NCBI GenBank assembly: GCA_017499595.2
Contig: CM039006.1
Coordinates: 558,001 to 622,000 of the forward strand
Direction of reading: 5' to 3'
Source: Psilocybe cubensis
Lineage: Eukaryota
DNA length: 64,000 nt
In this document: positions 26,555 through 39,737 of the stretch, piece after piece
How the letters are laid out: each line of letters opens with the position of its first letter
How positions within the stretch are numbered: the stretch's first letter is position 1
Notes under the pieces: generated by a model
What the model saw: only the letters and a program-made list of their open reading frames with translations
What the model was told of the DNA's origin: nothing
Databases searched by the model: none
Made by a program: the position numbers and the translations under genes

Positions 26555-27979
26555 CTAAATTAATTGAACCCGGAGGCCAGCCTTGTGTGACTCTCTAAAT
26601 ATCTCTGAAAGATCAGGAGTTGGAAACGTATCGCCGTTCTGAAACCGAATCACGCAATCTTTAGGAAGTTGCATACGAGCCAGCGCGCTGTCTACGCCTC
26701 CCCAAAAGATTAATTTTAAAACTTTATTTGAGGAAGAATCTGAGGGAATATGTGCAGCGACTTCAGCGGGGCTGACGGCGTGTACGAAGGATATAAGCTT
26801 GAGCTTCGTGGGATTGGGGACTGTCGCAAGTATGTTCATGATTCGAGTAGCAAACACGAAAGTATCGATACCAGTTTGTGAACCATGGATTGAAAGTGAA
26901 GTGAGATTGGAAAGCATGTTGAGACTGATATATTCAGGGACAGGAATTCTGTAGCCTGGACATATTGATATTGAATACATTACTCAGTGAAACCACAGGC
27001 CAGTGAACATGGAAGAAAGCTGACCTTCGACTCCAGGTAGCCTCAACCGTATGGAAAATTTGGTCATGTAATTTAGGGGAAGCAAATCCGGCCTGTGGCA
27101 TAACCATTGCCATGGTCCTTCGTGAACATCAAGATGTCTGATACTATCAAGGACGAACACAGTTGGGAGGCTCACGGTCGCCGAAGAGACGGCCGCCATG
27201 TTCCTACACTTTAAGAGAGATTGGAGAGATCTTCCTGAGCCGAGTACCAAGCTTGTGAGGGAAGGAACCGAGCTACTGTTTAAGACAGGATACGATAACG
27301 AAGGTGAAAGTGTTGAGCCCCCGGAAAGCTCTAACCGAGTAAGCGTCGAACAGCTTGAAATGAGGAGTGGATCGAAGTTAAATATTTCATGGAGGACGAT
27401 TGTCTCTACCGGGAATGAACCAAGGATCGAAGAGACTAGGGATCGCGAATGTTCAGAAATGTCCCAATTTTCCTTCAGGTTTCCGGAAACGGCACCTTCG
27501 GTGGCGACTGTGAGTGCCTTGACATTTCTGAACATGGTCACTATGTCGAGGATGGGATGGGGATCGCTGGAGTATGTACTGACATTGCCGCCACCCCTTT
27601 CCATGAGACGAAGTTTCAGAGTAACGTCCACGGCTCTGACATAGGTAATAAGGTACGGTGTGCCCTTTAACGTTGACACGAGATCGCACTCCCGAGAAGT
27701 GACAGGAAGTGCGAGTTTGATTCTGGAAAAAAGATGAAATCGCGTTCGAGGAGAAAAAGAGCGAGAGACGTAAGAGCATGCTTTGAGTGTGTCGTAGTCA
27801 TCCCAAATCTGGTCGATGATATGGTCAATGAGCTCCTGTGGGAGATGTAAAGGGTGCTGTTGACGCGGCTTCCGAAAACGGGCCAAGAGACCATTTGAGT
27901 TGTATTTGGGGGGATATTCGGGATCCCACTGGGACTGCTGTCCACCGAGCAGTTGGAATACTCGAAATTTGCTAACCAT
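26555..27979 (-). CDS. F-box domain protein, lineage-specific type (2 exons)
   Basis: HLPQELIDHIIDQIWDDYDTLKACSYVSRSFSPRTRFHLFSRI; a 69-nt GT-AG intron at 26956-27024 joins the two ORFs in frame (..VEG|YRIP..). Confidence 0.8.
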
Positions 27980-28749
27980 AATTAGATTGATGTCGATTCA
28001 CTAGTGGATTGCGGTGTTTCGCGGTAGGTATGGTAAAGCCTAGAGCTAGACTTGGAAAGTGAGATAGCAGAGATATCTGGTGAAGTAGAGTTTTCAGAAC
28101 TTGCAATAGATTAGTCGGGTACCGTAAATCATGAATCAACTGGATTCCTTCGCAAAGTCGCAGTCGAGGGGCTTGCCAAAGGGAAGCGGCCAAGGGTTAT
28201 GATTTTTAGGATGAATATAATCTTCACTCCTGACTCCGATTAAGGCGGCGCCTCTAACAAAACTTACCCCTCTCGGTGTATGTCTCGGATCCTTTCTCAT
28301 AAACCTTGACGTTGACAATGACAGTTCGCTTCATTTTCTGCCATGTTTACAGGGAAGTGCCGATTCGGCTAGGTTTCATTGCAACCACTTGTGGTCTCTA
28401 AATTCAGCCATGAAAATCATATCAATTAAATATAAAGGTATGTATACACTTGGTATCAGTTGAAATCGGAAAATCGCACCCTCCAGCATTATTAGGAATC
28501 GTCTTTGGGCATTGCTTTTTGTATTTGTGCTCCTGCAAATTTACTATACGGCAGACACGGGGCTAGAGATGTTTTTGCCAGTGACGAAATAACTTACGCA
28601 ACTTACCTTGGCCGAATGCTTTCATCAACCCTGAATCACTTGCAGCATGCTCACGCGACTAAAATCCAGGGACAAGGAGTACAGGACAATTTCAAAGCTA
28701 TCTTCGCTGACTTAATATTTAATACTAAACGAATTTATAATTAGAGTTA

Positions 28750-29143
28750 CAGTTGAACGTTGAACGTTGAACCCCTCATAACCCATACTTTTCGGTGGAC
28801 GGCTCAGGGTATGGGTTAATTACTTGCCGAATGATTGCCGAAGTTTAAAAGCCAGTTGAGCCTCCGGCGAAATTTTCTCATTTTTTGTAGCTATGAGGAG
28901 GTTTCAGTGGTACATTACCCAAATAAGCCACCGGTGTACTAAATTTTGACACAAAATTAAAGGTCCCAGCCTATATATGGTACATAAAACCTATGGGTTT
29001 TGAGAGCGAAGGGGTATGGGTTATGGGTTATTGCGGACTTATGGGTTATGGTGTGCAATTCCCTGCGAACCAAGTTGGTGGACAGCTGATGCTATGGGTT
29101 ATGAGGGGTTATGGGTTTTGAGAGGTATGGGTTAAGAGGGGTT
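28750..29143. mobile_element. Degenerate MITE-like element (Tc1/mariner-like left terminus) with internal TATGGGTT repeats
   Basis: Left TA|CAGTTGAA..CCCCTCATAACCCATAC is inverted relative to right GTATGGGTTAAGAGGGGTT; many internal (T)ATGGGTT copies; right terminus eroded, no intact TSD pair. Confidence 0.55.
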
Positions 29144-29659
29144 AGTCCAGCCACCATAGACCATTGTAACTTTACACCACTGATGCATTTTGACTAACTT
29201 CAATAAGTTGGAAGGCTTTATTCCAACTTTTCCCTAAATCAGCAAAAAAAAAAATAAACATGGTGCTCTTGAATTTTGTGTGATGGTATTAGGTTGAGTC
29301 TAAGATATAAACCACCTTGTTACACTTCTCAGATCGCAACGGGAGTCATGGACATTTCGATTCATAAAACAGAACTACTCAGATGATTGATTAGATTAGA
29401 TGATCATGATGTCCTATTCAAATGCTACATCAAATTGGACAAAAAAAAACACCTATGAAGAGTGAAGATTGAAAGGGAAGATGTTTTGTGGTGACTTGGT
29501 AGAAAAGAAATAAAAATACAGCAGAAAAGGAATTCAAATAGCATCGCAGAGTCAAGCATACTGTGTATGTACTTGATGTCTTCATCATGAGCCTCAATGT
29601 TTTGCATTAGTTTTCGCATCGTAAACCCTCTGACTACAGGAGCTACCGTCCGGTATAAT

Positions 29660-31366
29660 CTAGGTCGATTTGCTTGAACTCGCAGTTGCATCTACTAGTG
29701 CTATTGGGACGAAGTCTCTCGATGCATTACTCCCCTCCATGTTTATGGCAGACTTTGTGAAGGGGCTCGGGGTCGTAACGGAATCGGAAATGCTGGCTAT
29801 CCTGTGAGATGACACATTAGAGATACTGAGAATCCGTTCTTTATTTTCCAAGCACCTTGCTGTATTTTGGGAATGAGCTCGTCGATAAAGAATACTCATA
29901 GGTATCAATCTGGGCGGAGGAACAGTGCGAGCGGTTTGGATGTCTTTGAAAGAAGAATCAATATCAGCAGACACAGTCGGTGAGGTGCTGGGTGGCATGT
30001 CAGAACTAGCCGAAGCTCCAAGTTCTGCATGCGTTGTTGAATTAAATCGCGTTTCACCATCGTTACTGCTGTTATGATGAAATTCTGGGACCGCGGCCGC
30101 CGAATTAATATGCGTGCAGTGTACAAAGGGTACATGCGCCGGCGATGATGCAGCAGCTGGCGAAGCGTCGTCGTCGAGGGGGCCTGCGGATGTGTCGGTA
30201 CGTATTACGCCTGTGATACTGTCAAACTGGAGGGGCATCTGGCTCTTCACAGATATTGTTTGCATGGCGTTCGTGTTCATGAAGCTCGAGCTTGGTGTTC
30301 GAACACTGGCGGACGCCGAGTTGAGGTCAGCGCCAGTGTATGGCACGCCGCTGGCCAGTGCAAGATGTGTTAGAAAAAAAAGAAAACTTGCATGATCATT
30401 CGTGCACGGGGTTTTATTTAAGTAGACAATATTTACCTTATTGTAGAATGGCGGTTACTGGGACGCCGCCATTCGGATAACCCGCTCATAGAACGTTGCA
30501 AGCCAGGCCGCGAGCCTGCCACGCGTGGTGTGTGCACGGAACCAGGCTCAACAACAAATTTCTCGGTGCTTGTTGGACTTAACCTGTCAGGAAAAGTAGA
30601 ATGATGAACTCTTTTTAAGCTTCTCCTTTTTATTTTTATATTCTTATTTGAATATAAATATGGTTCAGGAGATGGGAACCATCCTAGTTGTTCTACCGTG
30701 CCAACATCAGCTTCCAGGCGATATATGAAAGCCATGTACCTAACAACATGATCATTCTTAGATGTTCAAGTTTCATAGATCTTTGTACTTATACCTAGTA
30801 ACTCTACTTACCGTTTCAACCTTTCAATTCTAGCTTCGAAGTGCGGCGGCGATGGCTGGGTAACACAAATTCGACATATGCATGTTTCACCTGACGTTAA
30901 TTCCTGTTCGCAAATTTTGCACAATTTTGGTAATGCATATGTTGACATGGGGAGTGGTTTGGGTAGCTTTGGCTCTCTTGAACGATCGGGGCTTGTCTCT
31001 TCCAGATTGTTGCGGGAGAGTGATTTTTTATCCAAAGGTAACTCTGGAGGAGCCTGTGAACCGTGTAACTCTGAAGGATCGGTCTTCTCCAAGTTGGCCT
31101 TTGTGCAAGTACAAGCTATGGAGGCCTTGTCTCCGGAGCCCTGCTGAACCACACACATATAAATATACAGGACGCAACGTAAGTAAGGGACATCTGATTT
31201 ACGAGAAGTAAAGATACTTCACTTTCAAGCGATTGTAGCATACAAAGCATTCCTTCCTGAGATCGTTGATGTCATCTGGGACTGCATGATCCTTTGGGAG
31301 TCGTCGTCTATATGGTTCAAAGTTCACTTGGTCCTTTTGCGCTGGACTGGACGTATCTTTGAGCAT
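29660..31366 (-). CDS. Hypothetical multi-exon protein with Cys4 motif (family Z, copy Z1)
   Basis: ATG 31366 MLKDTSSP..ECFVCYNRLK|..KLCKICEQELTSGETCICRICVTQPSPP..KR|YMAFIYRLEA..SMSGLSEWRR..IR|Ser/Pro-rich last exon; GT-AG boundaries; paralogue at ~46008. Confidence 0.6.
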
Positions 31367-31915
31367 GGTGGAGAACCACTGTTAAGGGAGGTGGGGCATT
31401 CAGATGTACGTCCATAGTATATATACAGGTTGTATAATTACATGCAAGGCAGTGCCTCCAAAATTGGCTATCTTAATGGGTGCAATAGTGTATACAGAAC
31501 AATAAGTACCAATTCTTACATGGGCGGAATTCCCGTGTCGAGCGATATAATACAGAGAACGTTACATGTGGGTGGAGATACTTCTTTCTTCTCTTTTTGT
31601 TCCCAAGAAGATAAGCCCTGCCCTGTGGGATTACAATACTGTTACACGAGTCTGAGGATGTAAAATATTTTTCCCGAGGTAGGTATAGAATTGATTAGGT
31701 CATTATTGTGAAAGTGCGAGTTCCGATTAGATAAAAGAATAAAAACAACTATGAACAGTGAGGAAGAAAAAGGAATAGGAAAGTGGGTGTACCGTATTGA
31801 CCACATAGTACAGAAAGAATGAATGAAAGAAAAATAACAGACAAGGAGAAGTAAAATCACAAAAAGTAAATTATAGTATAACTGCAAGTATCTTAGTTTA
31901 AATCATGACGCGCGT

Positions 31916-34900
31916 CTAAGCAAAAGTCATCTCCTCCTCAACATCCAGAGGCATAGAGAGCATCTCCTCCGGGTCAACTGCGTCCTCAAACCCAACAGAC
32001 AGCGCCTCCGCTTCTGTCCCCACACTTTCCACCTCCACCTCCCCCTCAGCTTCTATGTCTCCCGCATCTGCATCGCTCCACGACGTACTCTCCGACTCAA
32101 GGTCGCGCTCAGATCCCTCTGGTTCACGATAATCATACACATACACCTCCTCCTTCATCTCCTCCTCACGCAACCTCGCCTCCTCCTCCTCATCGCGGTC
32201 CCCTTCCTCATCCACACCCTCTCTATGAGTATGAATAGAACCGGTATGCTCATGCTCACCCTCACCCTCGCCAACACCCTCCTGTACACCCAACAAACCC
32301 TCCAGTTCCCTCACCCTCTTCTCCCACCCTTCAACCTCCTTAAGCCTTTCCTCTAGCACACCAATCTCCTTCTCGAGAGACATGCGCTCCTCTTTCGTGC
32401 CGACACGCGCGAGGGTCCAGCGACCAGGAGAGGTGGGGTCCGTGGGGCCGTGTAGAGTAAGTAGCTGTTTGTGGTATTTCATCAAGGATGGGCTGGTGGT
32501 TACAGATTAGGGTTAGGGTTAAGGTTGATGAAGGTTTCGAATGAGGAGGGGGATGGGGAGGGAGGTTGAAGATGATATTCCAAACCGATGAGAATGGGGA
32601 ACAGGGTGGAAAAAAATGAGGAAGACATTTCGTCAGCTTTAGTTCCTTGGTCACAATTTTTAAAGAGAGTAATATGAAATACCCGTGAACCAGACAAAAA
32701 GGGAGCCGGAAAGAACGGAAAAGAAAGGACGAAACACGCTCAGAATACAAGAAAAAGGTGAACAACAAAATCGGTGATGAACCCTGGTTTAGGAACATTA
32801 ATTTCCCAAAGGAGGTACAATGACCTTCTTATAAAAACGCCGATTTATGACGCAACCACAGGGACACAATGGCACGGATAGGGAACTTCTCAAGTTCAAA
32901 ATCAAAGAGAAACGAAAAAAAGAATAAAAGCAGCGGGAAGGAGGAAAAACACAAAACACAGAAAACAAATCACATACCGGAGTGAAATCGTGATGAGCGT
33001 GATATCCAGCGCCTTGGCCGCCTCGTACATTCTTCCTTCCACATCGCTCGACACCGCACTTGTGCACTCTAAACAATAGGTTAAAAATGTATATCCAAAG
33101 ATAAAAAGGAAAAGAGAAATAAATAAATAACACATACCATCCAAAACCGCAAACCTAGGCCTCCACCACAACACTCTTGCCATCGCCATCCTCTGCTTCT
33201 CCCCACCACTCAACACATCTCTCCACTCCTTCCTGACATGCAGCCCTCCCTCTCTCCCCACGAGGTACCCTAAGTGCACCTTCTCAAGGATATTATGGAT
33301 CTCCGCTAGCGCTGCATTGCTGGGCATCTGCACAAGTGAGGAAGGGGGTGGGGGGAGAAGCGTGGATGAGATAAGATTTGTGAGCGATGCGACGGAGGAC
33401 GAGCGCGAGAGCAGTGTGGGACGGGTCGGGGTAGCGGGTGTAGGCGGGTACGAAGGGTCATTCCAATGCGACTGCGATTGCTGAGCGTTGGCGCTGAACA
33501 TGGACGTCATGCGCACGAACGACGCGTATGAGCATGGGTAGATGATCTGCTCGAGCAAGCTCCCCGCGACCATGTACGCGCGCTGGGGTACCACGTACAG
33601 CGTCGGGCGTGGCCTCCAGTGCTCCCGCTCATGTTTCAGCGCCTCCGCTCCCTTACCTCCTGCCCCAGCTCCAACTGCACCACCAAATCGCGCTCCAGCG
33701 TCCACCTCCCGTGCGCGCAAGAACGCCGCACGGCGGAACAACACATCCGCCTCGGTCTCATCGCGTGGCATCTGCACATGAGGTTCCCCCTCCCCATTTA
33801 CACCATCAGACGAGGGAGCAGGATCCCACAGCCCAGCAAGCACGCGCGCAACAGCTGTTTTCCCAACCCCATTGCTTCCAGTGATCATAAGATGCTCGCC
33901 ACGTGCGATACGCAGCGTCAGGTTCTTCACTAGCGGCGGGTCCTCACGCGCACCTTCGCCTCTGCCTTCTTTGACTTCGTCTTGTTGCTTTTCCTTCTCC
34001 TTCTCCTTCTCCTTCTCCTTGCCCTTACCTTTACCCTCATGCTTCTCCTTATCATTATCGGAGGCAAATGCAGCACTCTCCAAAGCGCCCCTCACAACCC
34101 TCGGCACACGCACATCCACCCCGGTCAAACTCACCGCTTCCACCTCCTCCACCTCCACTCCCATTGCTTCTCCTTCGGCGTCACCAACACCCGCACCATC
34201 AACGCACCGTACACCCCGCCCGCTCGGCATGTTCAACAGCGTCGACACCAAGACATACAGTCTCGCTGTCAGCCCCGCAAGTTCGAGCAGGTCCTTGTAC
34301 GCATACATCAGCCGCCCGCCCGCGTCGGCTAGGGAGAGCAGCAGCCGACGGTTAGATATGTATGCTATTTGCGGTCACGTTCGCATTTTGGATTTGTAAG
34401 AGTAGGGCATCATCGTGGATGGTGTAGGGTAAGGGGGAGGCAGGAAGGAAGGCAAAACAAGAGATGGATAGGAAAGGGAAGGATGGGAAGAAATCAACAC
34501 TCATTATTTCAATCAAGAAACAGCCAAAAAACTCACTCTCCGTTCGTCCAGCGACCGCTTCATCCCGGTCTCGCCTCATCCTCTCCGCTCCATCAGCACC
34601 ACGGACATTATCACCAACACCAACTCCCAACGAGCGTTTCGCACGCGTGTACAAAATAGGCACGGCAATGAGTGCATATCCGGCAGCGGACCAGAGGTAC
34701 TTGATCACATAGTCCTCTGTCCATTCATACGCGATGCGGATCTGTTGAAAAATAACGATACGAGATACACACCGCGCAGATGAGCATTGGAGACCAAGAT
34801 TAAAGCAATAACCGTGAAAACGGAGAAAGGAATGAAAATGAATAAAAAAACACACCTTGTAAACTTTATTAACATGTCTAATTAACTTCGCATACACACC

Positions 34901-36294
34901 CAGCACAATCTCCTTCTCCCTCTTGCCGCCATCATAAAACGCCACCTCTTCCGCCTCCCTCCCGACTCTTCCCACACCCATGCGGTACTCGCCTTCAAGA
35001 CGTGCTTCCGTAGCAGCGAGGGCACCGAAGGAGGGTGTCACAAAGCGAAGGATCGAAACGGTCGTGTAGTAGTTAAGGAAGAGGAGAATTGTTCCGCGTA
35101 CACCAAGAGAACGGGAGAGCTGGGAGGTGAACAGGAGGAGGTCGAGGGAGGGTTTAAGGACATTGCCGCTGTGTTTCGGTAAGGTTGAGGCGCCAGGCGC
35201 AAGGTGCAATGTCAAAATCAAATCAGGTTCGATTGAGATACCAGAAAAAAGAAAGATAGAAGAAGGATATACGCACTATACACCACTCAGCGCGTTCGCC
35301 CACGCGTCGACATCCGCGGTCAGATACTGGTCTACCCCGTCAAGATATCCCGGCGCGCGGAAGTAGCGCAGTGCTGGATGCGACGCCAGGTATAGGTCGT
35401 GCAGGTACCGCGTCATGCGCGTGCGGAGGCGCAGCGCCAGGAGCGACTGGAAATGCCGGATCTGTGTACATGTTGACATGTGCGTATGCGTGTGAGGGGG
35501 GGGATAGATTAGATTTCAGGTTTTAGGCAAAGCTAAATGTAAAGTAAAAGACCACTGACCATCGAGTTCGTAAACGTGCTGGGTATCGCCAGCACAAACC
35601 ACCACCCCAAACCCCTCAGAAACGCGCGCCCATCACCCTTCACCAGATCACGCACAATCCTCCCATCCAGCCTCGCAACCAAGATGCTCAGTACGGTCCG
35701 CAGGACGAGGAAGCTAGAATGTAGAACGACGATGCCGGCCTCAGGAGACGTTGCAGATGGAATGGCGATGCGGCCAAGAAGTGCTGTGAGCTGGGAAAGG
35801 AAGGAAAGGGAGAGAGAGGGTTTGCGGAGTGTTGATTCTGATAGAGGGGGGAAGAAGGGAGTGTCGGATGTGAATTTTGATGTCGGGGTGGTGTGTATTG
35901 GAACCTAGAGAAAGACATGTCCATCTTCAGTGGATTTGGAATGAGCACGAAAAGAACCCAAACGCACCTTCAAAATCCGCTCGCGATACGGGACCAACAG
36001 TGTTTTACCCCCACTCCCATCCGGATCCTCGACATACACCTGCTGCAACACCCGGTCCATCTCCTCCCTCGTCAACTTGCGCTTCAGCTTCATGCGCAAC
36101 TTGTCTCTCAACTTCTTCACATTTTCCTGGATCGCAGTGTATGCAGAGAAGGTGAGGCCTGCGGCGCGCGAGCGAAGCAGGATGAGGACGAGAAAGGCGA
36201 GGACGTATGGGCGCCGTGTCAGCGTTGGCGGAAGCGGGAGGGGATGTATGGGGACGCGCATGCCGAGGATTGGTTTGGAGTGGACGTTCGTCAT
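31916..36294 (-). CDS. PXA1: Peroxisomal ABC half-transporter (ABCD family, Pxa1-like)
   Basis: TM domain with LDGRIVRDLV and EAA-like EEVAFYDGG; Walker A GSNGVGKT, signature LSGGEKQRMAMAR, Walker B FAVLDECTSAVS; acidic coiled-coil tail. PXA1 versus PXA2 assignment is from recalled similarity only. Confidence 0.85.
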
Positions 36295-37319
36295 TGTGCT
36301 GGGTGCTTTTAGGTGGGTTTTAGTATGTTGCTGTAGTATTATAGTTGGTATATGCGCCCTATATTTTGCTGACGCAAATAAATTGTCGTGTAAATCGACG
36401 CAATGAAACCTAAAATTTGAGACTTGGACCCCCGCGCAGTGAAAAGTGCAAAATGACGAGTGGTAGATGTCGATATGGCTGTCTCCCGTGTGGCAGAAGC
36501 AATACCAATGCAATCGTTACCGCCCGCACTCCAGAATCCAAAATCCCAGAATCGATGGCCGGAACTAGAAACTCGAAAAACTTGAAGATTGATCGCTCTA
36601 TACACCAACTCTTAAGACTGGTTGTACTCCAATGATCAGCTCTGCTTTCCGTCTGCAAATCCAAGTCCGGGGTCAAAAACACGCCTCAGACACAAGAGAA
36701 GCCTGCGATACGATGCGATGAGATCAGAATAAGCCTGATTCCACCTGTTCCGCTCAGCTATTACAGGAATAGAAACTGAGGGGGATCCTGGGTGATAGTG
36801 GTGGTGGAGGATACGAGAGATGGGTTGCGCTACACTCTTACCCGCGAAGCCTCGAGTGGGGGACGGGATTTACATGTGAAATCGCCCCCGGTTCTTGGCG
36901 TGCGCGTGCGTATGGCACGTGCGTATGCGTCATGTGCCCGGGTTTCGGGACGGATATAACTGCCGCGGTTTGCCGAATTTGTTTAATGGGGCTATTATTC
37001 GCGTGGCTGAACAACTTCCGACACCCCACATTGAGTGCACTATACAAATATCGGTATTCCGCCACATACTGATCTAGGTACGTTATTTTTCGCCCTCTAT
37101 TATTTAGTTATGGCCTGTAAGAAAGGCAATAAATTCAATACTTTGCATAACTAGAATGACCGCGGTGTTTGGCCTTGGCTAGCACATTGATGACACGAGA
37201 GGAAGTGAACTAGGATAGGTAAGCTGCTTGTAAAAAGATCCAGAGTGCTTACGCTCACCCATTAAACCCAAACCAAATTTTGGTATGCGCTCAGCACGGC
37301 GGGCGGTTGAATAGACATT

Positions 37320-37707
37320 ATAACACACACCAGAGAACGAGAGCTAGAATCTCCAAGTGAAGATAGAAGCAAAACAGACACTGGGTGTAGATATATCAGA
37401 AAAAGATATATGGCAAACGATAAGACGAAAGGATTTAGCACGAACCACAAGGTACTTCCTGTGTATGCTGATGCACGACGCATATATCATAGGTACGAAC
37501 TGGCTACGCGACGGATTCAGTGAGCAATACAGGGCGAGAAGCCGGTGTAAAATATCTGACTTATTAGAAACCATGGACCACATCCTGTTTGAATGCAACT
37601 CAGCTGAGCGTCGCAAAGTGTGCACTCTGGCAAAGGAACTGTGGGACCTCAGGAAAGATGAATGCGAAAACGAGTGGCCAAACCCATCTTTAGGAGCTTT
37701 GATATAG
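37320..37707 (+). mobile_element. Non-LTR retrotransposon relic (L1-like ORF2 C-terminal zinc-knuckle region)
   Basis: DIWQTIRRKDLARTTRYFLCMLMHDAYIIGTNW..RCKISDLLETMDHILFEC resembles the zf-RVT/CCHC tail of fungal LINE ORF2; no RT domain, poly(A) or TSD seen. Confidence 0.7.
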
Positions 37708-37888
37708 CAGCCAACAAGGTGGTCTTCAAATCACACCGGTGGAGAGACACCTCCCCGACGACACGTCTGTACGGACATCAGGCAAGCAAAAAATCGCCGA
37801 ACCTGGAAAATCTTTGATGAAATGTACAAATGACGGACACAGTTGTAGCAATGTAGTAGATACACCCAGAGAAATTTTAGATATGATT

Positions 37889-39737
37889 TTACGACCGAAA
37901 TAGGAGCTTGCAGCGAAGTTTGAATACCATGGACATAACGCCCGAAAAAAATCTCCGGATCCGAGGTATAATGTGGGGATTATATCGTGCTGAGCGTCGG
38001 TATATGGCACGAAGGGTTTTCAGATGCCAGGGAATGGGCGGCGTCCTATACACCTTCCACTTTTCCATCAAGGCCGGAGGCATCTGCCGCCACCTATTAT
38101 AAGTCGAGTAATCTTCGTACTTATAACGACCTTGGCAAATTGCGACTTCTAGCTCCTTCTGCGTTAACTCTGAAAGGTTTTGCTCGAAAAATTTCAAAGC
38201 TTCAGCCGCAGTAAACCGTCGTTTAAGATCCCAGGTTGTCATCATATCTAGCAGAGGTGCTAAGACAGGAAGATACTCTGTGTGGTACTATAATTATACT
38301 CTTTAGCGCCAGCACAATATAGAAGTAAACACAGAAGTGTACCTGATATTCTAAACACAATGAAACACCCAAAGCCCCCACATCACCAACAAATGGGCTA
38401 TAATCGTGTTCCCCAGCAGCCGTGTCATTACTTACGTTGTATGTTCCCCAAAATCGCTGGTAAGGCAATCGAAATTTAGTCCTATCAGCGTCTGGTGCCA
38501 GCATGACTGAAAAGTCAAAGTCAATGAGGGCGTACAACAGGCGCCTTTCGGTGCGCAGTGTACCACGCTGATGGTACCCATCCGGTGAAAATCGTGAATC
38601 TGCAAAATGGTTCACTACAACGTTTGCATCCCTAATGTCCTGTCAAAAGTATGTCAAAAATCTAGAAATTGAGCTTGAATTGCTTTAAAGCTAACCCCAT
38701 GCGAGATGTTATTATCATGGAGATAGGCTAGACTCTGTCATATAGCTAGGTTACACTGCTGGCGCTGATACATATTTGATAGAAAAATATGTATCGGTAA
38801 TTATGTTTCCTGTTGGTTTTTGACGTATTTTTCTCGTATATAGAGTTCGGGGTTACCCAATTAGGGAAGCCCGAAGTCTATATTCCAATAAAATACGTCA
38901 AAAAAATGTAGGAAACATAATTATTGGGTCTTATTTTCTTTGAAAATATGTATGAGCGCCAGCGGTGTTAGCAAGGTCGCCACCAGTTTATCATTCAAAT
39001 ATACCTTGAGTCTCGAATAAATAATATCGGCAATCTCATACACATACCGTGGTAGAGGCTGATAAATACCAGTGCCCCATCTGCAAGCCACTTTGAGAAC
39101 ATACCAAAGTTGTTAAAGCAAACCAAGCTTACCTTGGCATCACCGCGAGCCAGAACCCCTCTATTGGTAGGAGATCCAGTACAGGAATAACACAGTTCTC
39201 CTTCAACGTATCCATACTTTGCTCGCTCAAAAACCGCAGTACTCGATACTCGTCTGTGTTGTCTGGCACAAGCTTGATTACAACATGTCGTTTCAGGGAG
39301 TCCTGAGCATATAGAATTTTTCCCTAGAGATGTAATATTAGAAGATTATAATGATAGTTCACAACATCCACCTACAGATGTATCAACACCAGATAGAGGT
39401 GGGTCTGTTTGGTATTCCTCAGGAATCTCCATGGTATCCATATCATGGTGAGCATATGGGAAATCGGCTTCAACAGGTCCACTTTGAGGGTCTGGTGGGA
39501 ATATGGGAAACGTGGCCAATTCTTCGCCTCTGTAAACGCTGCGCTTGTACAGGGTATAACCGTGATCCTTGAACCATTTGACCACGTCGGGAGAGTCCCA
39601 GAAAGCAAATCGCTCCAATTCATCGACTTCAACGCCTTGTTCAAATGAAAAGGGAATCGTGAGCCCCGAAGACTGTTATCCATTGTTTCATGAAACTGTT
39701 CCATGTACCAATTATCATAAGGGAAACTTACCACCAT
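37889..39737 (-). CDS. Protein kinase-like paralogue K3 (7 exons; MITE in intron 4)
   Basis: ATG GTG|gtaagt micro-exon; FWDSPDVVKWFK, HVVIK, YLHDNNISHG|DIRDAN, YALIDFDFS, YSPFVGDVG, RFTAAEAL; exons open. Confidence 0.8.
38754..38967. mobile_element. 214-bp MITE, PIF/Harbinger(Tourist)-like, TTA target-site duplication
   Basis: Absent from the duplicate copy at ~44670; flanked by TTA (38751-38753, 38968-38970); TIRs CACTGCTGGCGCTGATACATATTT / CACCGCTGGCGCTCATACATATTT; further internal inverted similarity. Confidence 0.9.

Noticed and set aside
26981-26986. Apparent in-frame stop between two F-box ORFs (pseudogene or readthrough)
   Set aside because: The TGA lies inside a 69-nt GT-AG intron (26956-27024) whose removal keeps the frame.
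28960-29143. TATGGGTT repeats as a CRISPR-like or telomeric array
   Set aside because: Eukaryotic DNA, short irregular units and no unique spacers; better explained as MITE subterminal repeats.
32507-32526. TTAGGGTTAGGGTTAAGG telomere-like motif
   Set aside because: Only 2-3 units inside a low-complexity intron of the ABCD gene.
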